This document shows, in pieces, positions 51,356 to 63,756 of a DNA stretch of 64,000 nt. The stretch spans positions 5,520,001-5,584,000 of the forward strand of contig NW_024704743.1 of the NCBI RefSeq assembly GCF_018977255.1, given 5' to 3'. Positions within the stretch are counted from its first letter, which is position 1. Every line of letters begins with the position of its first letter. Source of the DNA: Callorhinchus milii (Eukaryota). The translations under genes were made by a program, and so were the position numbers. A model generated the notes under the pieces. That model searched no databases. It worked only from the letters and a program-made list of their open reading frames with translations, and was not told where the DNA came from.

Positions 51356-51679
51356 AAATTGTTACTGTTGTTGTTTCTACTATATTTGATGTTCAACCAT
51401 TGCCCTAGATCCTCTCTGCCTCCTTCCTTGTGTATTAGTTGTGGGATGGATGTCTGCGTGAATGTTGGCACTTTTCTCCTCACCATCTGCTAATTATTGA
51501 AACTGTGTTCTGTTTAGTTGTCTTAAGTTACTGCTGGCAGAAAGGTAAGTTGTTGTATTTGAGAAACTGAAACATAGCCATTTTACTACTGTAGAACTGT
51601 TCAAAGTGCCTTAATGTTTGCAAGTCTGAATATACTTATATAATATCCGAATATCATATTTATGTGAGCTATGATTGGC

Positions 51680-51864
51680 TTGAGGTGGGGACAGAGTGAA
51701 ATTTTTAGTGAAGGAATTTGGTGAGAGTGGAAAATCGGTGCAGAGGGGGAAGGAGGTGCTCATATAAATATAAGCGGAAAAATAGAAATAGGAATTAATA
51801 AGAAGCAGGTGAGAGAACCTAACCGACTCTGTTTAAAGTTAAACTTCAATGAAAATGGAATACC

Positions 51865-51895
<31 letters not shown>

Positions 51896-53120
51896 CTTCC
51901 AGGCTCAGCTTATGGAGGGATTCATTTGCAACAACTGCAAACTAGTCGATACACTCAGGGCTGAAGTGGTCAATCTAAGTGAGTGACTGGCCACCCATCA
52001 AAGTATTATGGAGGATGAGAATTTTATAAATGAGGTATTAGAAGAGATCATCCTGGGGGCCGAGTAGGAGAGGAGTTCCAGATACCTAGAAGAGGTTGGT
52101 GGGGCTCTGTTAGACAAGGCTCTGGAAGTCGTGGGCAGGTAATGAGGCAGGAGCAGGTATCCCTGGTGCTCTCAAACAGTTCCCCTCCTCTGGAGAAAGG
52201 CAATATGGAAACCCAAGGGCTGGATGAGACAGGCAGGGATGTGCCATCCCCCGAGACCTGTCAGGGAAGAGGGGAAAAAGAGAAAGAAAAACAGGCAAGT
52301 TGTGTTTTAGTGGATTCCACTATTCGGTTTATAGACAGAATTCTGTGCAAACCGGTCCCAGGAAATCAAATGTAAGTTGCCTCCCGGGGATATGAGTTGA
52401 GGACCCGATGTCCTAGGTTGACAAAGTGCTTGAGGGAGCAGGTGAGGAACCAATCATGTTTGTCCAAGTAAGAAGAAATAACATAGATAGAAATAGACCA
52501 GAGGTCCTACATGCTAAATTTGGGGCATTAGGACGGAAGCTTAAGGGATAGACCTCAAATGCAGTTTTTTTAAATTAATCCCCATACCACGAGCTAGCAA
52601 AGAGAGACAGAGGGTAATAAGGCAGACCGGTGTGTGATGGGATAAGGAAGGCGACTAATAAGAGACCAACTATAGTGGTTGGAGATTTTAACTTACCAGG
52701 AATTGATTGGGATAATAATGTGTCTGCTGGTAAGATACAGAAGCAATTTCTAGAGTTAAAGGAAGAGTGTTTCATGACTCAGTTTGTAAAGGAGCCAACA
52801 AGGGGAAGTAACATGTTAGATTTGGTTATGCGTAACAGGGACGATTAAATCGCCAACATAAAGGTGGATAAGGGAATAAGCAACAGTGATCATAATGTTA
52901 TCACATTTAGTATTGCACTGATTGATGAAGTTATTAAAAAAAAGTTGCCAATTCTCAGGAAGACTAACTTTATACGTTGAGAAGTCTTGTCAGAGCAGTG
53001 CTGGCAGGTTTAAACATGGCTAAGCGAGTAGAAGAACTATGGAGCTCATTCAAGGAGGTGATTTGGAATGCAATAGACCAATGTCTACCCATGCAAAGCA
53101 AAAGTACCAAGCTTAAGGGT
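51680..53120 (+). mobile_element. CR1 5' region: ORF1 (Zn finger, coiled coil, SGNH esterase) and ORF2 APE, degraded
   Basis: CRSCEM..FICNNCKLVDTLRAEV; VLVDSTIRFIDRILC, CLPG; IVVGDFNLPGIDW, QFVKEPTRGSNMLDLV, SDHNVITF. Confidence 0.9.
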
Positions 53121-53967
53121 GTTCCTGAAAAGTGTAGTGACTGTGCATAACTGTGTGACTGTGCTTAGTCCCTAGTTAGTCACTTGACATCCCTCAAGTG
53201 CAGATTTGAGCCTTCATTAGGTGGATGGCGTTACAAAGACAATTATTTTAGAGAATACAAGTGATCATGAAAGCCTTTGAAAGCCTTATGTAAGCCTTGA
53301 AGAGCGGATTCTTGCACAGCAGACAGCACTAGCAATTTATCTACGCTTCCATGAATACTCGTTGCAGTCATGATTGTGTTTAACATTAAACTAGTAGTAG
53401 TTATCATACTCAAAAGACAGAATCACGGTGTTTCTATGACTTTGATACTCATTACAGCAGTTGCTTGGCAGTTTTTTTTAATTGAAAAGCACTTTACTTG
53501 CCTGCAATTTTTTTTGCATCATTACCATGTCAATGCTTCCATAGCCACTCAACCAGCACTTAAGGCTTCAGCTGTGTATGTGTGTCTCTCTCATGGAATG
53601 GTTCGTGGGGTTGACTGGAAAAAGGTCCACTCTGTAGCTCGCTCCATGCGAGCAAGACACCAATCCACAGACAACCAGTTATTGTGGAACCAAACGGATA
53701 CTAAAGAAAGAAGCCGAGAAACTGCCATTGTGTTATCTGTCTGGGAGAAAATGATCAGATAACAGATGCTGTAAGTCCTCCATGTTCAATAAGATCAGAG
53801 CTTGCTGAGATAGCCATAAATGGCCCTCATTTTAAATGCAATGGTTTTGAGAGGAGGCTCTATGTACCTCTTCGGTTTTGAGCCGGCAAATCTGCTCATG
53901 CGTAGTAAACTTGTACGTGTGAACATGATTTCCCTTGTTTCAAGCTAAATCTGTTTCTAGAAATCAG

Positions 53968-54275
53968 ATAATAATCCTTGCATTTGATATAGAGGTTTTC
54001 ACGTCTTCTAGACGTCTCAAAGCACTTACAGAATATACTGTAAAGTGAATTGACTGTATATTTGTGGGCGAAATGCAGCAGCCAATTGCGCACAGCAGTG
54101 TCCCACAAACAGTCGTGGATTGAAATGACCAATTTATTATTGCTTTTTTCTGAGGGATTATTATTAGGCTCTGTGTGGAGTAAGGAAACTTGCCCAAGGT
54201 TTCACCCTGCCGGGAATCGAACTCAGGTGTCTCGCTTGCAAAGCGAGTGCTCTAACCACTGAGCTACAGGACTCC
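53968..54275 (-). mobile_element. SINE-A, full length, short subfamily
   Basis: Antisense tRNA-like head, body and tail. Confidence 0.96.
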
Positions 54276-54444
54276 ACGAGACTCCAAATCACGCAATGTT
54301 TAAGTGAAGATTTCTGCTTATCTTTACTTTAGAATTGTTGATATTATTTCTGTTGAGGGAGTGGGAGAGAGTGGACTGGAGATTGTTGGTGAACTTGGTG
54401 AGAATCCAGTGTAGATCTTTTTAAACTTGGTTATTCCCCATCTC

Positions 54445-54572
54445 TCATTTCAGCCACAAAATATACAGTCAATTCACTTTGCAGTATATTCTGTGAAGCA
54501 CTTTGAGACGTCTCGAAGATGTGATCAGGCGCTGTGTCAAAAGCAAGGATTATTTGTTTGTTTGTTTGTTTA
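54445..54572 (+). mobile_element. SINE-A tail ending in (TTTG)n
   Basis: aaatatacagtcaattcacttt..gagacgtctcgaagatgtga..caaggattatttgtttgttt. Confidence 0.85.
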
Positions 54573-54689
54573 TCTTTCTGTCCGCACTTCTGGACAAAAC
54601 TCAATGTTGGATGTGTTGATGATGATGCTTGTTTCTCTTAGTGGACCTCTTGTACTTATTCCTGCCCCTTCTCCAGTGTAGTTAGGTTC

Positions 54690-54885
54690 CGTTCATCCGA
54701 ACTTCCTCTGGGATCTCTGGAACTCCTTGCCTCAATCCCTCTGTTTCACCCCCATCTTTGCCCGTCTTCAAATCACGCCTGAAGATTTTCCACTTTGACC
54801 ATGCCTTTGGTCACCTCCTCTCTTTTCCCAGTTTAGTGTCAAACCGCACTGCTGTTAAGATCTCCGAGACTCTACCAGTGTGAAG
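54690..54885 (+). mobile_element. Degraded L2 3' fragment
   Basis: ctctggaactccttgcctcaatccct..ttcaaatcacgcctgaaga. Confidence 0.75.
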
Positions 54886-55281
54886 AGTTTATTTTTAAAT
54901 CATATCTCTATGCAGTTATTCAAATGCAAGAATTGTTGTTAATCATTTAGCTGCATTATCTGAACAAAGTATTTATATCCGTTAATTGTCTTAGCTGTAA
55001 AGATCTTATGTCTGTTGTGTTGTGAAATTATAAATGTTTTTGGATCTCATGTACTGCAGTGTTAATCTCAGTTTGTATTTCTACAGAGAGAGTTCATATC
55101 AGTTGCAACAAAAGCTTAACAAGATGCATTCTTAGCTGAGTAATCTAACCAATAACAACTTATCTAACAGGACAATAGGCTGAAGTAAGAACTATTATCT
55201 TCCGCTTGTTATAGATCAATGGTAAACTTTTTTCTCCTCATGAGAATGCGGACGCTGTTTAATGGTGAATATGGAATATTG

Positions 55282-55356
55282 CTGTGGAACCCGCTTAAAC
55301 CGGACACATCGGGACCAGACATTTTGTCCGGCTTAAGTGGCTTCCGAGGTTAACCG
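55282..55356. mobile_element. Tc1/pogo (Tigger-like) terminal hairpin fragment
   Basis: ggaacccgcttaaaccggaca...tgtccggcttaagtggcttcc imperfect inverted repeat. Confidence 0.5.
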
Positions 55357-55444
55357 CCCACCTCCCTCCCACTGCCATTCCTATTGGACGGGAAGAGGAC
55401 CAATTAGTGGCAGCGCTGGTCAAGAGAGGACCCGAGAGAGGTAT

Positions 55445-55660
55445 AGAAAATGATGAAGGGTTTGATAGTGTAAATAGGGAGAAGCTATTTCCACTGGTAG
55501 GGGTGTCAGTGACTAAGGGACATTTTTATAATATTGTCAAAAGAAGAGCAAAAGGAGAGTTTAGGAGAATTTTCTTGGGAATTGAGGCGGAGTCCACTGT
55601 GGGTTTCAAGAGGAAAGTAGTATATGAAGTATCGAGGTTTAAATATGTATGAGGATGTAG
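55445..55660 (+). mobile_element. CR1 ORF2 C-terminal fragment
   Basis: GFDSVNREKLFPLVGVSVTKGH..RRIF. Confidence 0.8.
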
Positions 55661-55714
55661 TATTTAAGTCAATAATAAGTTTAAATATGCAGCAATAACT
55701 TTCATTTACACATC

Positions 55715-56370
55715 CCAGAGTCTGACTCTGAGCCAGGGGGAGAGGGAGGCGGGAGGTAACGATCAAAAAGGAAGGTCTTTAGGCGAGATTTGAAAGTGGG
55801 GAGGGAGGGGGCAAGGCGGAGGGATTGAGGAAGTGAGTTCCAGAGTTTCGGGGCATATTGGATGGAGGCATGGCCACTGATGATGGAGCAGAGGGGATGA
55901 GGGACGAACAGGAGGCCGGAGCTAGCCGAGCGGAGGCAGCGGGTGGGAGAGTAGTCGGAGGGGAGTAAATCGGATAGGTAGGGAGGTGCGAGGGCATGAA
56001 GGGATTTGAAAACAAGTGAGAGGATCTTGAAATCGATCCGTTCAGTAATTGAGAGCCAATGCAGTTTGGCAAGGACTGGTGTGATGGGGGGTACAGAGTT
56101 TTGTGCCAGTGGGAATCCGGGCAGCGGAGTTCTGGATTTTGTGTATAGTGGAGCTGGGGAGACCAGCGAGGTGGGCATTGGAATAGTCCAGCCGGGAAGT
56201 GACAAAGGTGTGGACGAAGGTTTCGGCTGCTTTTGTTGTGAGGTACTGACGGACAATGTGAACGTATACGGGTTAGAAGTTACGCACGGGTTTGGCGAGT
56301 CTGAGGGAGAGCCCGGGGAGGTTGAGGGGTTCAGACCTGCAGGAGAGAAGACGTTGACGGGAGCCAATGA
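55715..56370 (-). mobile_element. L2 3' fragment
   Basis: [61 protein letters not shown]. Confidence 0.95.
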
Positions 56371-58423
56371 GTGTGAGTATGAGTATGCACCACATTCCCA
56401 TGCTAGTTTATTGGAGAATAAAATACAGATCCTAATTCCTTGTTGCCTTCTGACCACATAAATATTCATCACTCTAGTCAATCACTCATCTTTCAAGTGA
56501 TGACCATACCTTCTATATGTTATTTACATTATAGATTATATTTGTTCTTTTACTCACCTCTTCTGAAAAATACCTAAAAATACCTTGCGTCAAGGGCAGG
56601 GGTATCCATCTCTGTCTCATCAAGGGCAGAGTGCTTCTAATACTGAATAGCATTTGAACTGTCAACACTTACACAGGCCTGTGGCAAGCTGCAGGGGCAT
56701 TCACACTTACAACTTGAGTCTTAATACACATCAACATCTGACCTTGGAAATGCCTCATCCCTACATTGGTCTGTTGTATATGTTCATGTCAGTGTGTTTA
56801 CTCTAAATATTTGGCACTATTTTATTGACTGGTATTGGCCCGTATCTCCTGGATTCTGACAATAATTTATGGGTGAACCATGCAATCGTACACTGAATAA
56901 TGTTGTTATTCCTGGCTTTCCCTGGGAGCTTGACACGGTCACCGTATCACCATTAGGCTAATTACAAGCTTAAATATTTTAGCAAATTGTATAATATTAG
57001 ATTACCTGCTTGGTTCAAAGGATGCATAATTTAAGGAGTCTTAGACTGGACTCTGTCTGCATTCCCAAAATAACACTGTAAAGTTGTGACTTAAAACAAC
57101 TTCCTTTGTGACTGAACTTCCCAAGGTGTTAATATGAAGAACAATACAAACTGTAAGTTTCTTTGAAATGTCCTCCGGCTTCTTCTTACTTGTTTCCAGA
57201 CTGCAGATGTGACACATTTGTAAATGTACATTAGGTGTTTTATATAGCTAAGCATCGTGTTGGGTTCTATCCATTGAATAGATGATAATGGCAACAGATC
57301 GGATTATACAGGACGCACAATCTATTCTGATACTGTTTGACTTCTACGACTGAGTGCTGAGAATGTGAATGAAAGAAATATATTGGTTGTAATTATAGCT
57401 ACTCTTTTATTATTAACTATTGATCCCGTCTAAAGTAGCTTGTTTCAAGCCTGACTCGGTAGCTGCATTTGTTCAGCTCTTTCGTTCGCTTAGATAATAA
57501 AATTGTCACTGCTGTAATGAAATGTCCACACTTTTTAAGTACGCTTAGTAGATAGGAATAATAGCTTGCATGTGCACTACAATCAAGTATGTAAGTAACT
57601 GTTATTTAGACAATAAAGCAGGATCAACATTTAAGAGCACATATTAAATAGGTTATAGAAAAAAAAGCATTTGTTTAGAAATGTGATCTAGAATTGTCCT
57701 GTCTCCAGGCATTAACCCCTCGAGTGCTCCCAATGAGAAGACTCAATTCAACAGGGCTCAGTTCTCCCGGGCTGCATTGAGTGATTTCATCGAATGCTTG
57801 GGTCAATTCAAGCTTCTGTATGTTCACCTTATTTAAAGTATCTCAGGTCAATGTCAACCAGGAGAATGGAGGTTGGTGAGCAGATTGAAAGTTAAAGTAA
57901 CAACAGATAATTCCACTTATGCAGCACCTTTCACATCGTTAAATGCCTCAAAGCGTTTACAGAGATGAATGTATGAGGATGGAGTGTGATCACAGCCACA
58001 GTCAAACAGGTATATTTTTAGAAGGGTTTTGATAGTAGAGAGGGATTTAGGGAGAGAGTTCTACAGAGCAAAGTAAAATAGCAAAAGGCTCCCCTTTAAA
58101 TGAAGCGAGGATTTGGAAAACATTTTCTTTTCGTGAAATAGTGTTTAAATAAGCGCTCCGAGATGCCGTCCTTCAGACATGGTAGTGTCTCGGAGTGCTG
58201 AACGATGGCTCAGTTTGACACTGAGCCAGAGAAAATGGGGAGGTGACTACAGGCAAAGGAAAGGTCGAAAAGTAAAGCACTCAGGTTCAATAAAGAGAGT
58301 AGAATTAAAGTTTAATAAACAATAATAATGATTGCATTTGAAAAAGCACCTGATCACATCATCAAACTTCTCAAAAGGTTTCATCGGATTTTACTGTAAA
58401 GTATAGCGGCTGTGCATTTGAAT

Positions 58424-58606
58424 ATAATAATAATAATCCTTGCATAGCGCCTTATCACATCTTTGAGACGTCTCAAAGCGCTTCACAGAATGAACTGTAA
58501 AGTGAATTGACTGTATATTTTGTGGGCGAAACCAGGCAGCCAATTGTGTACAGGAGTGTCCCACAAATAGTTGTGGATTGAATGACCAAATCATTTTTTT
58601 TCTTGA
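58424..58606 (-). mobile_element. SINE-A 3' half abutting the Helitron
   Basis: Tail, cagccaattgtgtacagg, gaccaaatcattttttttcttgag. Confidence 0.9.
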
Positions 58607-60333
58607 GTGTGATGAACAGGTCAGGTCGACCATACGCTCGCACATAGCACGATGCATCCTGGGTGCTTTCGTGCATAAACCATGGCCCCCCCACCAGTGA
58701 AACCCACTGGCCGGTTGACCTACTTTTATTTACCCATCATTTATAAGTGATTCCTGCAAACGAATGTACTCCTCAGCCCTGCGTTTCTTCTGGTTCAAGC
58801 GGAATAAAAGGGAATCTCTCAGCTTCGATCTTGACATACATCTCTACGATTAGTTCATGGCAGAGGTCTTTTGTACGCAGAAGGATGTTGTAATCGCCTT
58901 CACATTGCATCAACCAGTGTGCATAAAAAAACCACAGCAGACAACTTTTGGTCAGGCGTTGACTGTCCGGTGCTGGGATTTGTTTGCCGTATCTGAAATG
59001 GTGGCCATCTTCACTACACGGGAATAAGCTTAGGTTCTGTAGGGCATTGTATGGCCTGTCTTGTCTCACGCACTCGTTTGAGTTTGGTGTCACGTTGCTG
59101 CAATACAAGGTCCCGCTTACCATGTTCTTCACCCACAAACAGGATGGCTACTTCGATAGCTACAGGATGGTTGGTGCATTATACCATCACTCATGCTCGC
59201 CAGCAGGTGCCTTGTCTGTATGGATGATTAATCTATATTCTTCTGCAGTCATTCTCTCCATTGCGGACCTGAATCTCCTGATGTATGTGTTACTGTTGTG
59301 AAGCATGTCTTGCAGATCTAGTACTAGGGCTTGCTTCAACCCCAGTACATTGCTTACATGCAGCAAGGCTTGTTCTTCTCGGGAAGTAGATCTGTAAAAA
59401 TTTTGGCGACTCATTAGGCAAAGCGTTTAAACGTCCCGATAAGTGATACATTTGGCCTTGCACTTTATATGTTGGCATATAGCCAGCCTGGCTCTTTAAT
59501 TTCTCCAGTTCCGCCAAAAGAGGTAATCTGGAAGTACGAATTGTATTTGCTAAGGTTTGCTAGAAAATACTTAGAATCACTTGATGTGCCATCCAGTAGA
59601 CTTTTCAGGGGTTCAGATGACTCTGTGAGTCGCTGTGGTTTCACCTTGCCAAACGAGCAACACGTAGAGGGAACTTCCTTTGCCCATTTCATGTCTCCAC
59701 AGTGGGCACGTACGTTCGACATATTCCCAATATGATGAGCGCCATCTGATTCGTAGTTTCTACCTGGATCATAGTTGAGTGCAGCTAAATGGAGTGACCT
59801 CTGTTGCTGGGTGTTATTTTGCCATGATCTTGCATGCCTTTCTGCATTGAAGTCCAGCCATGCTGTTCTTTATTCTTCAGTTTCATTTAATCAGCCTTCT
59901 CTCTTTTGTCTGGCATTTTTATTGCCCTTAAGACTTGATCTTCCCTAAGGCATCTTTATCTTGTTCCCTCTGCATGGCTTCGTCTGTGTACATACGTGTG
60001 TGCTGCATGCGTGCATACGTACATACGTGTATGTATGTATGTGTTCTGTGACGCACGATGCCATAGCGCCATTAGGAGTTGGCGCAGCCACCAGGTGTAA
60101 CGGCAGCGCAAAATGCAAAGCTGCCATACATGTGTGATGAGCTTCTTTAAGTCATAGCTCATTAATGATAGAAGATCCCCGAAACCACATATGCCCATTA
60201 CACTCCCCCATGCAAGACCTATCCGATAAAGTATAAATCATATCTCTACGTCAATCGGTTATTGAGTGCTTGGCGGACGGGCAGACAGACACACAGACAG
60301 ACACACAAACATTTTGTCTTTATTAGTATAAGA
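58607..60333 (-). mobile_element. Helitron remnant: 5' end plus degraded N-terminal RepHel region
   Basis: A|TCTTATACTAATAAA terminus; HCGDMKWAKE..CCSFGKV..SKYFL..YNSYFQITSFG; TYKVQGQMYHLSG, FLQIYF; LQDML..YIRRF; MYVKIEAER; GGPWFMHE..QDA..YVRAYGRPDLFIT (Rep motif 1); many frameshifts. Confidence 0.95.
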
Positions 60334-60608
60334 TGGTGCTTTTTCTGAGGGTCATGGTAAAACAATAGATTTCGAAGAAAACAGCTTTTTCTAACACAAA
60401 ACTCTCCTGCCATTTATTTTTGATATCATTTTTGATGGAATGTACTTGGGCTTCGCAATAATAGTGCCTTCGTGAGATGTTCTCCCAGACGGGAGGACTG
60501 TAATTTATTAGCAGCAGGGGAAGTTGATAAAAGGAACCTCAGTGCAGAGGTAAGTGCCTCGGAGCGCTGCTCAAAATGTTTCTTAAATTGTCCCCGAATG
60601 GTGCCAGA

Positions 60609-60622
60609 GTTGCCATGGAAAC
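60609..60622. promoter_or_regulatory. RFX X-box-like motif
   Basis: GTTGCCATGGAAAC, one base from the palindromic GTTGCCATGGCAAC, in a repeat-free CpG-containing island. Confidence 0.4.
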
Positions 60623-61003
60623 TGAACGTTTGAGCTCGTTGAGTGTGTCATTTGAGGACAGCAATTGGTATTTGTGAGAGCTTGACAATTTTCTATAAAA
60701 TGAACAAAAATCGTTTTTTTTTTGAAGAAAGCAAAACACCGGGCGGACACACAGCAAAGAGGACGGATGATTTTCATTTTGATACACGCAGAGCGAGGAG
60801 ATCAGCAGGAGCCAGAACGAAAGCCTGTAACAAAGGCTCCGTCCTAAAGCATTGCTCGCAATGCTAATGCAACTCACTGGAGATAATCCTCTGCTTGACA
60901 ATAAATTTGCTGATCTTGCCAGCAAGGGGCCATGTTATTTTCCTCTCAGAATATTTACGGAGGTTTGACACGTGCCCTTAGTTTGGAAATGATTAGGCCA
61001 CCA

Positions 61004-61121
61004 ATAATAATAATAATCCTTGCGTTTGATATAGCGCCTTATCACGTCTTCGAGACGTCGCAAAGTGCATCACGGAATATACTGTAAAGTGGATTGACTG
61101 TATATTGTGTGGGCGAAACAC
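61004..61121 (-). mobile_element. SINE-A tail fragment
   Basis: (AAT)n-ccttgcgtttgatatagcgccttatcacgtcttcgagacgtc. Confidence 0.9.
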
Positions 61122-61379
61122 CAAGGTTAGTTAAGTGCATTGAACAGCAAGATATTGGGTGTAACTGAGGTGTAGTGACAACTCGGGAACTGAATGAATC
61201 AAATTATTTGGTGGCGTTAAGGCGCTATACAAATGTAATTTTGTGTTATATGAAGGAACTTAGGCCACATTCATCCTCACGAGTTACAATGATAAGTAAT
61301 GCTATTGGCATACAATTATTGAAAACCATACATTATATCCAGCTGGCTCAGTTTGCTATAAACATTCTTTGAGCACCAG

Positions 61380-61466
61380 GACTTTAACATAAATGAGGTT
61401 GAGATTCTGGATGGGCTCAAGGGGCTTAAAAACAACAAATCCCCTGGGATGGATGAACTGTATGCA
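61380..61466 (+). mobile_element. CR1 ORF2 micro-fragment
   Basis: NEVEILDGLKGLKNNKSPGMDELY resembles L..LK..KSPGPD. Confidence 0.55.
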
Positions 61467-61517
61467 CTCGGGTGACACCGCACATTTTCTGTTAAAATCA
61501 TCTCTATCTAAGGCTGG

Positions 61518-61521
<4 letters not shown>

Positions 61522-61548
<27 letters not shown>

Positions 61549-61620
61549 AATCCTTGCATTTGATATAGCGCCTTATCACGTTGTTGAGATGCCTCAAAGT
61601 GCTTTGCAGAATATATTGTA
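61522..61620 (-). mobile_element. SINE tail fragment
   Basis: (AAT)n-ccttgcatttgatatagcgcc. Confidence 0.85.
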
Positions 61621-63408
61621 AATAGATAAATATATTGTAAATGTATTTATATATTTATTTATATTATATCATTTATACTATTATTATGTATATATATATA
61701 TTGTAACTATGTTGGACGTTATCCGAGGCACTTTTTGGGGCATTATTTATAGTTGCATTAAATGGCCTTGTGCCTATGCAAATCAGAACCGAATGAGGAA
61801 AGGCTCTGGTCGAAACCCTCAGTAATAACTGGTAATCCTTATCACTGTTCCATGCTGTTCAGGCTCAGTGGCTCCTTACCTTGGATTTTGGAGATTAGTT
61901 AATTGCTCCTCCTCCAAGAGCTGGTCAATAATCTCCCTATTTTGTTAATCAGCCAGTTAAGTAAATGGACAATTTTTCTGGGGCCTTCATCTTATGCGAC
62001 AAACACCTTTTATTCGTAAGAAAATGTAAGTGACTGGTTTATATTTCTAAAAGTCTTATTTGTAGCTCCGTCCTAGCAGTTCTCTGATAGAAAATACATT
62101 GTAAATTCTGGGTTTACTTTGGCACAGTTGTAGACGTGGACAATATGAATCACGGGCTTACTCGAAAGACTTCAAATAAAGATGGCTTTTATCACGAGAA
62201 GTGCCCTGAAGCAAACTAAGGCATTCTTGATTTCTTTGATTACAATTACAATCAGGAGACGCTTGCATTCTCTCTGTGCTGCGCGCAGATCTTCCAGATT
62301 ACGTAGCTTCATTGGTTGCCACAGCATTTTATATGAGATCATTGGCACAAGGTCTCTTTTCTTCCTGTTTATTCTGTTTGAGATCTCATTAGAGAGGTAG
62401 AATTGTGTTCTGATTTCTAGTTTTACATATACTAGTGCTGGATTAAGCGCGTTGAGATGTCTTAGCCATGTGATAAGGTGCTATATCAAATGCAAGGATT
62501 ATTACTGTATTATTATTATATATGTATCTGGGCAGTGCTATGTTGTTTACAAGAAGACTTGTAAACCTGTTCTATTGGGGTTAAAAAAATACACCATTCA
62601 ATGTGATCATTAGAAATGGTGCAAATTATCATATTATCAGATATTCTCCTCATGACTATGTTCCACTCACTATCTTTTATAGTTGAATTAAACCATTATT
62701 TCTCAACCGTCTGAAATGCAGGAATGAATCGGTGAGCACACTATCTATCTCCTGTTTGGCCACAGCTACTGCGCTTTCACAAAGAATAGTGGATGGAAGT
62801 TTATCCACTGTCAATTATCGATTGGGACATTACCAGGAGCAGAATGTCCAATGGTGTGATAATTGTCACAACAAATATCGCATTTTACATCAAATTAATC
62901 ACATCTACGGGCTGTCGCAAAGCGCTTCACAAGTTCTACTCTAGAATACAGCGACTATTTTGTAAATTCTTACTCTTGGTGTCTATATATTCAAAGTAAC
63001 AAGTGGGGTAGGTTGTGTTCATAATACAGTAAAATGCGCACAAATTTTTTCTTTATAAATTGTATAATCGCCTAAATCATACATGCACCTGAATCTCATT
63101 CAGTTTCCTATCAAAACCACTTAGATTTCTTTGCACGAGTCGTATTTTATGAACAAATCATCTGCTAACTCGTAACCCCGCTTCCCTATCCTCCATTACT
63201 TCCGCTGAATTGAATCGTGGGATGAATTGCCACATGCGCAGAAGAACTTAATTTCCCGTGATTCAATGCGATTCCAAAGCGACAGGTAAAGATGCATTGA
63301 ATCACTGAAAACATAGTCTTGATCCGTAACTCCAAGCGCATTTACCGGCTGCAGTGAATTATGCATGAGCAGTATAGATTATTGATTAAATCTGATTTTA
63401 TACATTGT

Positions 63409-63756
63409 GGAGTCCTGTAGCTCAGTGGTTAGAACACTCGCCTCGCAAGCGAGCGGGACCTGGGTTCAAATCCTGGGCAGGACGAAACACTGGGCAAGTT
63501 TCCTTACTCCACACGCCTCTGTTTTACCAAGCAGTAAGTGGGAACCTGGTTGTTGGTCAAGTGGCGGATTGCTTTTCTGGGGGTAATAATTCCTTCCAAA
63601 GGATTGTTCCTTCCACTGCTGTGCCCAATTGGCTGCCACGTTTCACCCACAAAATATACAGTTAATTCACTTTACTGTATATTCTGTGAAGCGCTTCGAG
63701 ATGCCTTGAAGATGTGATAAGCATTTGCATATCAAATGCAAGGAAGATTATTATCA
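63409..63756 (+). mobile_element. SINE-A, full length, long subfamily
   Basis: ggagtcctgtagctcagtggttag..ggttcaaatcc head, long segment ctctgttttaccaagcagtaag, tail. Confidence 0.95.

Noticed and set aside
53370..53762. 130-aa ORF
   Set aside because: No recognisable domain; consistent with chance
60084..60100. CTCF-like acacctggtggc in both Helitron leaders
   Set aside because: Mismatch at core positions; insufficient alone
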